This document shows, one piece after another, positions 48,301 through 54,294 of a DNA stretch of 54,294 bases; positions within the stretch are counted from its first letter, which is position 1, and each line of letters begins with the position of its first letter. The position numbers and the translations under genes were made by a program. This DNA comes from a virus (lineage: Duplodnaviria; Caudoviricetes). The stretch is from positions 1-54,294 of IMG/VR virus record IMGVR_UViG_3300023082_000012. One strand, given 5' to 3'. The notes under the pieces were generated by a model. The model was not told the DNA's origin and did not search any database. It was given only the letters and a program-made list of their open reading frames with translations.

Positions 48301-51204
48301 CAGGATAGTCTGGCCCGGTTGAACCAGTTACAGATAACCCAATCGGAAATATTAAAATCTTACAGAAGCAACAAAGACGCTACCCAAATAAATGCCCAAG
48401 ACATGACCGAAACCATAAAGGCTGCCTTTAGGGATAACGAGTCGGAAATAAGGGATATAAAACGTTCTCTTAACATTGAGTATGAAACAGAGGAGAGTAC
48501 TGTTGAAATGGAGATGGGACTTAACAGGGCTTACGAAAATGACTTAATCATGAGTGGGAAAGAGGAACTCCAGTTTGCCATGGAAAACATGTCCAAAAGA
48601 AGTGTCAATGACGTAAACGAGTTTAACAGGTATTTAAGGCTTAGTGCCACCGACAGTATAGCGTACAATGAAAATTATGAGACAATCATAGAGGAAGCCT
48701 TCGATGGCGGATTAATCCGTGATACCGATAATATACAAGATAGGATAAAGGTACTCACAGTAAACTATGCCAAAAAACGTGTATCCGGTTACTATAAAAG
48801 ATGGGCACCACCACAGACAAACTTAATTCTGGCAGAAATGGAATTGGGTAATATTGACATGGAGTTTTACCATCTACTTGACACAGGGTTATCAGACGAG
48901 TCTTTACAGTCTTCCTTGAACAACCAAAAAATCCAAGACAGGATAACAAAGTACTATCGGAAGTCCAACCCTTCCATAACGGAATCACAGGCACAAACTA
49001 AATTCTTGGAAGACAGAAATAGGTTCCTCAATGAGTACCCATCTTTAAGATACATAAATATTCAACCAAGTTTTGCCTGGACAGATTTGGCGGAAAGTCG
49101 CGCCACCGGAAATAAAGGATTCAAAAAAGTACTTGGATTCAGGCAGCCGAATTGGAATTTTCAGGAGAACGGCCAATATATCTATAGAAACCAGAAATGG
49201 CTTGACGAATTTGGGCTTACTTCCGAAGATTGGGAAAATGCCGAAGATGTTACCCAGATGACACCAAGACAGAACCAAAACAAATTTGAGTTTTTGCAGG
49301 AATATTTTAAAGTAAAGAGACAGTCAGATAATCTCTATGGCGGAAATTACAACGGCTACAAGGCAATCCAACAAAGTTCGACCAGTTGGGAGAAGGCTAC
49401 CGGTACAAAAACCATAGCAGGAACTAAGTCCGCGATTCGTGATGCCGTGGGGGACGTCTTCTTTGAACGCCAGGATGAAAAACTTCATGGCGAGGTCTAT
49501 GAGGCAAAAGCGGATGGCATGGGAATCATGATACCCCCTATTTTCTTCAGGCAAAATCTTCCCGACCCAAATGCGATTACACAAAACACAATTACGGCCC
49601 TTCTGTTCGACTTCAACAAAGCAAACGAATACAAGGTAAGGGTAGAACTTGCGGGTACGGCACAGGCCATCCTAAGTAAGATAGGGGAACAAGACTTTTC
49701 GGACACCAGTATTTTAAGGGGTAACAAAAGAATTATCAAGCAGGGACAGACCTCAGAGACGTATAAGAAGGCCAAGGATTGGATAGAATACGCTTTTCTG
49801 GGTAAGAAACAGCACAGACGTATGGAGATGGACGTATTTGGACATACCGTCGATATGACCAGAGCTTTAGGAAAATTACGACAATTGTCTGTGTATCTGA
49901 ATCTTGCGGTCAACCCATTCGTCGCTGCGACAAGTGCAGCTTCGGGAGCCTACAACACTTTGTTAACGTCTTTGGTGGGAGATGCCTGGTCGGCTGACTC
50001 GGCCAAGGTAGCCTCGAAGATGTTGGGCGATATCCCTAAATATGTATTGCAGGACGGAAAACTTGACTCAAACTCGCGCCTTGGAATACTCATGGAAGCC
50101 TTTGGACTCCGTGGATTAGAAAAAAGGTATAACGAATCCTCCTCGACAAGGGCGGGGAGGCTTGCTTCGGAGTATGCATACAAGATGGATGAGGTGTCCA
50201 ACCTCTTGACTATTGCCCCTGCCTTATACGCAACCATAGCAGAACACAGGCTTATCCAACTTGAAAACGGCAAAAGCAGGCTTATGACATTCGAGGAATT
50301 CGAGGTCAACCAAAAAGTATCTGATATAAAAGACACCACGGCCATAAAAGCCTCCTGGACACAGAAACCCACTTTCTTTGAATTGATGGTAGTGGAAAAC
50401 AGGACAATAAATCCTTCACAGTTGTTCATAGATAACTTTGGCGTGGGAATGGATCAGACGGGTATAGATAATACATTTAGGGACAAGGTGAGCATGATAT
50501 CCGCAAAAGCCATACAGAACAACCAAAGACTTGATGGCACCATATCGGATAACGACAGGGTAACTTTGCAACGCGATGCCTTGGGAAACATGGTTTTGCA
50601 ACATAAGACGTGGTTAATCACTGGGTTAACAAAAATGCTTAAGGGGAAAGGGTATAATTTTAGCTCAGGAAGATGGGAGGAAGGATACATGAAAACGGGC
50701 CTAAGATTTATACAGGGCGTGATAATGAACAGGGGTAATGCCAAAGAGTTCTGGGAAACCTGGAAAAACAGTGAACCAAAAAGTATCCAAAAAAACCTGA
50801 AACGATTTGGGTTGGAAACTGCGGGGTACTTGGCAGCCTTAGTGCTCGTGCTTGCTTTGAAGGGTGCCGACGACGATGACGACCCGGTTTTGGAAGATGC
50901 AGGGAGATTGTTGTCCTACAGACTGTATGGAGAAATAAAATCTTCAAATCCGGTAGGACTTTACCACACGATGATGGAAAACTTGAATAATCCCGTAGTT
51001 TCCTTATCGGTCTTAGAAGACCAGGTAGCTCTTGGACAAGCAATACTAAGTGTGGGCAGCGACACATATAGAGAAGAGGTTTGGGAAAAATTCAGAAAAG
51101 GTACTCCGCTGAGAAGGATTAACCAAATATCGGATCTAGACGAGACAACCAAAAACTGGGTGTGGGGAAATAGAGAAAGTTTACCCGAACTATATAATAA
51201 ATAA
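45322..51204 (+). CDS. Giant cargo/ejection protein (about 1960 aa) with degenerate zincin motif
   Basis: The likely start is ATG 45322 (MACSIQ). It has EEVSH in place of HExxH, and a C-terminal hydrophobic helix followed by ADDDDD. Confidence 0.65.
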   Translation: MACSIQRNSEGLITKVTAPNGQPSLAFYKIHSTPYLGEADMSNQIYSNLYSPEIQQMFDGVSEGVNDGANTYMDSGEPRIYYKYGNVLPQETLEAGLISGEALGMVEMGIINPKNGEFIKLAHFQTNSSERAQGITDGIRSGLLSPERVLGQDGITRFQGKGAYVPDRRGTARLFQEDFQAQTGIAAKVNQDGTIEIASNPDFVTAEKSDGSTQVVHISEIEGLMDQKNITNKAQLLAVSSNFLTATLNSPNAVTTASEQNYARRLQSFLQSLGISVMSMEDYNKGSSTRHGYDPSVQGLVDLDNRVLAIAEGVDATDVITEEVSHLAIAAYADQNSIAAALSEVIDHPEYAQWAQIYRQKYSEQYSDPLELEDAVRKEILGKILARRIAQRGLNSDSMSTLWNRFVEYIRSIFKPSHRRMFDRLVEGLSADVLGGNFAEFGGDLGRGTFFSLKGERGIDDILAQTAEEINVLGRALKQGKARGLSVESVPGIMSGKQRLDRINEFTKKFETQLRILQQKVDKGQLSAIDHVRYLGIRDLISNRAPSFEEALKVMQEDTTLKRAAIELDKRVKNLYSVSNGMSPKMTIVFDELFNSLINKEVQDRGMTAEEEQMFRDAFNATMRDINVVASMLGMMSESSNPYLSLLAKQGIKLRTETTLRSSKVVNEFLDKATEKKWIDSKMQASILEKDEEGKFTGYLESAVNMNLYDKREKKRATEIIARIQEKEVSEVEKLLEKSSAKELLKTADESAMFDDMMDKEFYRNERGNYNTEEDRNKKEDKYTEAGVSPQTIAHIANERRAINEINAAYREDNMPVDLSVMSEEDRIILEDENTRLQNKRAPIDQNGMIRDGLKVAKYANLSQKQKEAMPLYGTEDFNKILEGYNGNFIVVDDISSKEDLDDETRYVLDQFNLNLLSRREYLNAGTKSASDIFFETLNSKTTPQEKFRFSIDNGRIGFSDTFYSTAILGTTYYETAQKQVDGMPEGPKKKSMQDSLARLNQLQITQSEILKSYRSNKDATQINAQDMTETIKAAFRDNESEIRDIKRSLNIEYETEESTVEMEMGLNRAYENDLIMSGKEELQFAMENMSKRSVNDVNEFNRYLRLSATDSIAYNENYETIIEEAFDGGLIRDTDNIQDRIKVLTVNYAKKRVSGYYKRWAPPQTNLILAEMELGNIDMEFYHLLDTGLSDESLQSSLNNQKIQDRITKYYRKSNPSITESQAQTKFLEDRNRFLNEYPSLRYINIQPSFAWTDLAESRATGNKGFKKVLGFRQPNWNFQENGQYIYRNQKWLDEFGLTSEDWENAEDVTQMTPRQNQNKFEFLQEYFKVKRQSDNLYGGNYNGYKAIQQSSTSWEKATGTKTIAGTKSAIRDAVGDVFFERQDEKLHGEVYEAKADGMGIMIPPIFFRQNLPDPNAITQNTITALLFDFNKANEYKVRVELAGTAQAILSKIGEQDFSDTSILRGNKRIIKQGQTSETYKKAKDWIEYAFLGKKQHRRMEMDVFGHTVDMTRALGKLRQLSVYLNLAVNPFVAATSAASGAYNTLLTSLVGDAWSADSAKVASKMLGDIPKYVLQDGKLDSNSRLGILMEAFGLRGLEKRYNESSSTRAGRLASEYAYKMDEVSNLLTIAPALYATIAEHRLIQLENGKSRLMTFEEFEVNQKVSDIKDTTAIKASWTQKPTFFELMVVENRTINPSQLFIDNFGVGMDQTGIDNTFRDKVSMISAKAIQNNQRLDGTISDNDRVTLQRDALGNMVLQHKTWLITGLTKMLKGKGYNFSSGRWEEGYMKTGLRFIQGVIMNRGNAKEFWETWKNSEPKSIQKNLKRFGLETAGYLAALVLVLALKGADDDDDPVLEDAGRLLSYRLYGEIKSSNPVGLYHTMMENLNNPVVSLSVLEDQVALGQAILSVGSDTYREEVWEKFRKGTPLRRINQISDLDETTKNWVWGNRESLPELYNK

Positions 51205-51206
51205 CA

Positions 51207-51240
51207 AAAAGCCAGAAAGATTAATTTCCTTCTGGCTTTT
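51207..51240. terminator. Terminator hairpin at the convergent module boundary
   Basis: AAAAGCCAGAA-N12-TTCTGGCTTTT. One arm lies inside the 3' end of the GIY-YIG gene. Confidence 0.7.
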
Positions 51241-52258
51241 CTTCTTTGTAGAGTTTCCAACCTTTGTAATAAGTTGCAGCACCTCGTCTCAGCCGACAAT
51301 ACCCTATAATATTTAAACCATGTTCTTTTAAAAATTGTTTAACCTCATACACTTTATGTATAACCCCAGTAGGATCAATTAATGTACAATCTAACGGAAT
51401 TATCTTTTCTTTTAAGGGGTACAGTCTCCAACCATAGGAGGATTCAAGTTGCCCTATTGAAACTCTCTGTATACCACTCCTATCAATATTATGTGTTCTT
51501 GCAAATTCACAGATATTAGATATTTTTTCAAAAATTTCACCGGTGGGGCTTATAAAAGAATAGGAGGGAAAATTAAAAGGTTTTAATTCTTGTCCTGAGT
51601 CTAAGGTCCACCCTTTATGATGAGACGTTTTGCCTACCAAAACTTTCTCCATACGTGACTTATCTAATTGATTGTCACGACAATATTTACTCAAATTAAA
51701 TATCTTTACTTTTTCTCCAAGGGGGTTCACCAAATAGTAAGTTTTAGCTTTCTTTAAAGCAATCTTTTCACCCATCTCTTTCGGACGTTTCCTTCCAGTG
51801 TGAGCCTCAGAAATTCTTCTACGGGTTTCCTCAGTGGGGGTATAACCTTTATTACTTTTTCTTTTACCAGTTGTATAAGCCCTTTTTAAACTCTCACTTA
51901 ATTTTTGCCTAGTTTCATCAGAACATTCTGGTGTTAGTTCATCTGAAGGTGTTAAGACACAATTTAGACCCTTCTCCCTGTTTAAGACATCATACTTGTC
52001 TTGGTAAAACCTTTCCCAAACATTAAGTTCTTCCATAGGACACCCTTTTTCAACTTTAAAAATATGATTATCAACACCATATTTTTGAAAAGAGTTAAAA
52101 AGTTTAGGTTGTCTTTTTGATGCGGAAGAACGGTGATATCTCCATCTATTATAGATATTTACCGCTTTTCCAATGTAGATTCGCCCGTTTGGCGCGAGAA
52201 TTGAATAAATTCCTGAAAACTTTAATTTGTGATAATCTTTAAACTGCTCTGATCCCAT
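51221..52258 (-). mobile_element. Free-standing GIY-YIG homing endonuclease with NUMOD3-like and three C-terminal repeats
   Basis: SGIYSI...IYIG...NRW catalytic domain, ETRQKLSES and ETRRRISEAHTGRK repeats, and three (N/S/D)PxG...GWxL repeats. Lower GC than the core genes. Confidence 0.9.
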
Positions 52259-52401
52259 AACTTCAACAAAAAACCCACAGCGTTCAAAGGGTTACGGCCT
52301 CCTACTAACTGTGGGTTTATAATAAATATTTTCGTTTAAATTCGATGTAACCGTAACTTTACAACGGCACAAATATAAAAAGTCTTTTTAAGATTACCAA
52401 A
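52259..52401 (-). promoter_or_regulatory. Promoter (TTTG-N20-TATATTTG) plus structured leader of the GIY-YIG gene
   Basis: -33 at 52398-52401 and -7 at 52370-52377. Stem 52271-52280/52309-52318 is followed by a U-tract, and loop 52291-52297 is complementary to 52351-52357. Confidence 0.65.
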
Positions 52402-52415
52402 TTTATGACACAATC

Positions 52416-52634
52416 TTAACATACCTCACTCAAATATAATTCATACAACTGCATACAGAGTTCCCAATTCTTTATTTGACTTCTGTAAGCCTGCAAAGAT
52501 ACACTAAAATTTGTATGGGGACAGTATAGTGTGACACCATAATTTACTATGCCACAACTCTGTCCTCCCGGTTCACGTTTTGGATAGGGTTCTATTTTTA
52601 TTTGGTTCCTATACCATTCAAAATCGGTTACCAT
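52416..52634 (-). CDS. Minimal class I release factor-like GGQ domain protein (72 aa)
   Basis: IKIEPY...PGGQ...VTL...FSVSLQAYRSQIKN aligns by eye with RF domain 3 (GGQ and RSQxxN). Confidence 0.7.
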   Translation of the reverse strand: MVTDFEWYRNQIKIEPYPKREPGGQSCGIVNYGVTLYCPHTNFSVSLQAYRSQIKNWELCMQLYELYLSEVC

Positions 52635-52957
52635 AAATCTTCACTGAATAGGTAAGATTTTAATTCATCTGTCTGACCTGCCGCAAAAGCTATCTTTCCA
52701 CCTTCTTTGCGATCAACGAAACGATTTTTGTTGGTGAGAAAACCTTGTTCAACTTCACCCATCTTGTAGCTCGGTAGCCCTGTCATCGCTACGGCTTGAT
52801 AGATGCAGTTTGCATGCCGCCATCCGCAGAAGACGATTCCACGGTCAACGTTGTAAGGAGAGATGCCTCGCATCCGTAAAGGCTCTTCTTTGCCAAAGTC
52901 TATTTTGTCATACCAAACGGCACTGCACAGTATGTACTCCTGGTTTTTATCTTTCAT
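52628..52957 (-). CDS. Conserved-looking phage hypothetical protein
   Basis: GWRHANC, EQGFLTNKNRFVDRKE and LFSEDLW motifs recalled from phage hypotheticals. Confidence 0.7.
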   Translation of the reverse strand: MKDKNQEYILCSAVWYDKIDFGKEEPLRMRGISPYNVDRGIVFCGWRHANCIYQAVAMTGLPSYKMGEVEQGFLTNKNRFVDRKEGGKIAFAAGQTDELKSYLFSEDLW

Positions 52958-53355
52958 AATTTAATTAATTTTAAGCCCTCCGCAAGTGCAATTTCCAAGG
53001 CTTCCTCGTAGGTATCGTTATCCATGTATACCTCATAGTTTTCAGGAACTTCCCTGTTGGTTCTGTAGATAGTGTAACTGTATTTAAGGATTTCAGAGTC
53101 TTCACTTAATACGGGTAACACGAAGATTTCAATGTTATGATAATCTCTCAACCACTTAGCCAAAAGACTTTGTGTTGTCCTAAGATATCTGTCCAGAATC
53201 ACACAATCTTCTTGTTGAAATTCAGTTTCTTCATAGTCTACTTCGTTTTCAGAATAAAAAGCTGGTACATATTCAGTGCCGTACTCAAAGTAGTCACAAA
53301 GACCTTTTTCTTTTGCTAGTTTGGCCGTTTCAAATTCTATTCTTTTATCTTCCAT
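52954..53355 (-). CDS. Bacteroidota-phage hypothetical (FETAKLAKEKG family)
   Basis: FETAKLAKEKG, TQSLLAKWLR and TYEEALE motifs. Confidence 0.7.
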   Translation of the reverse strand: MEDKRIEFETAKLAKEKGLCDYFEYGTEYVPAFYSENEVDYEETEFQQEDCVILDRYLRTTQSLLAKWLRDYHNIEIFVLPVLSEDSEILKYSYTIYRTNREVPENYEVYMDNDTYEEALEIALAEGLKLIKL

Positions 53356-53602
53356 ATTTTTCCATTATTTCGTAACCACACTCTTTCAGCGGCCCCATGA
53401 ATTTTTTCCTGAATTGTACCTTTGACAAAGATACGTTACTTACCAGTATGTAATATATCGGTACACCGTTAAAGTTTTGTGAAAATTGTCCTTCGTCTTT
53501 ATCACTTACTTCCAGATAGTATAATTTATCTTCAATTGTAATATCGTGTAGGTGATATATTTGCCTGCCTTTTATAGCCTTTGTTCGAGTAGTAGCATGC
53601 AT
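53345..53602 (-). CDS. Hypothetical protein
   Basis: Overlaps neighbours in the - strand operon. Confidence 0.6.
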   Translation of the reverse strand: MHATTRTKAIKGRQIYHLHDITIEDKLYYLEVSDKDEGQFSQNFNGVPIYYILVSNVSLSKVQFRKKFMGPLKECGYEIMEKYGR

Positions 53603-53943
53603 TCTTTTACGCCTTTTTCAAAAGCCTTGCTTCGTCCACCCTCTGAACGAAAAATATATGTCGGTAAGTTTGAGTTATCAAATACAAACAAACTCCCGTC
53701 TTGCATCGTATCCCGTACAAAGTCAAACCATAATCCTTCACCTTCAAGAAAGTCCACCACATTATATTTGTGGAAATGGAAATAACGTTCTGTATTGTTT
53801 ATGACGGGTATTCCGAGGTCTATTTCTAATCTTTCCAGATCGTAATCACAAAATTCGTCGTTGTTTTTGCACCACTCAAAGAACTTTACACGTGCCTTGT
53901 CACACCCTTCAAAAAGGTGATATATTCCTACTTTGTTTCCCAT
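53572..53943 (-). CDS. Hypothetical protein
   Basis: 123 aa with an AT-rich leader. Confidence 0.65.
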   Translation of the reverse strand: MGNKVGIYHLFEGCDKARVKFFEWCKNNDEFCDYDLERLEIDLGIPVINNTERYFHFHKYNVVDFLEGEGLWFDFVRDTMQDGSLFVFDNSNLPTYIFRSEGGRSKAFEKGVKECMLLLEQRL

Positions 53944-53946
53944 AAT

Positions 53947-54153
53947 TTAAATTCTTTTTAAAACGTTAATAGGCTCCTTACCAAAACGGATCAAGGTTTT
54001 GTCAACCCAAATACCTGCATCACGCTCACTGGTTAGATCCTGTGATATTACACCACAGATTTTACCCCTAAAAATTTTGGTGCCCTTTCTGTCTTCCTAG
54101 AGATATACCCCTTTATAGGTACTACTTGTACCTCTGTAAAATGTGCTTGGCAT
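53947..54153 (-). pseudogene. Small gene with a single in-frame TAG at codon 19
   Basis: MPSTFYRGTSSTYKGVYL*EDRKGTKIFRGKICGVISQDLTSERDAGIWVDKTLIRFGKEPINVLKRI*. The TAG is at 54097-54099 and the final TAA is 3 nt before the next ATG. Confidence 0.6.
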
Positions 54154-54201
54154 AAGTTAATTTTTAGGTGAATACAAAACTTCCCACCTACCAGTACGGG
54201 C

Positions 54202-54294
54202 TTAGGCGGCTTGCCATTCTTTCATCATGATGTTGTCCAACACATATCCGTCTTCATCTACGGGTCTTTCCAACGGATTGACGCTATACACTTC
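54202..54294 (-). CDS. 3' end of a gene running in from beyond the window
   Basis: Open frame EVYSVNPLERPVDEDGYVLDNIMMKEWQAA*. Confidence 0.45.
   Translation of the reverse strand, partial: EVYSVNPLERPVDEDGYVLDNIMMKEWQAA

Noticed and set aside
50868-50883. ADDDDD as an RNAP DxDxD motif
   Set aside because: It is an acidic run after a hydrophobic helix near the C-terminus, with no RNAP context.
1-51204. Genome-wide TAG or TGA recoding
   Set aside because: Genes up to 6 kb are uninterrupted in the standard code, and TAG ends terL, the portal and others at sensible positions.
1366-51299. Numerous - strand ORFs of 60-240 aa antisense to the structural genes
   Set aside because: They are shadow frames of long + strand genes, with no motifs or independent expression signals.
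1-54294. CRISPR arrays, tRNAs, rRNA, DGR, integrase, inteins or introns
   Set aside because: I saw no spaced repeats, cloverleafs, RT or recombinase motifs, intein ends or split core genes by eye. A tRNAscan/Infernal run would be needed to exclude them fully.

Overview
This is a 54-kb segment of a tailed dsDNA phage with crAss-like (Crassvirales-type) gene order. The host is probably in Bacteroidota, based on repeated (T)TTG-N19-20-TAnnTTTG promoters, AT-rich SD-less starts and a Q-rule signal peptide. The + strand (1-51204) carries the virion module: terminase C-terminus, portal, scaffold-like protein, major capsid, ring and auxiliary capsid proteins, Cys-rich hub/fibre genes with an embedded holin-amidase cassette, an IHF-like gene, tail tubular and muzzle proteins, an M15 peptidase and giant ejection/cargo proteins. 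An AT-rich island of small genes splits the cargo cluster. The - strand (51221-end) carries a GIY-YIG homing endonuclease with a structured leader and small accessory genes. The main leads are: a 72-aa stand-alone GGQ release-factor domain; an unannotated orphan 'MARxIKETP' antitoxin-like gene; no visible virion-RNAP catalytic motif in the giant proteins; a small gene with one in-frame TAG; a fibre-like protein with a host signal peptide; and a module shared by the auxiliary capsid and muzzle proteins. All family calls come from motif recognition and synteny; no searches were run.
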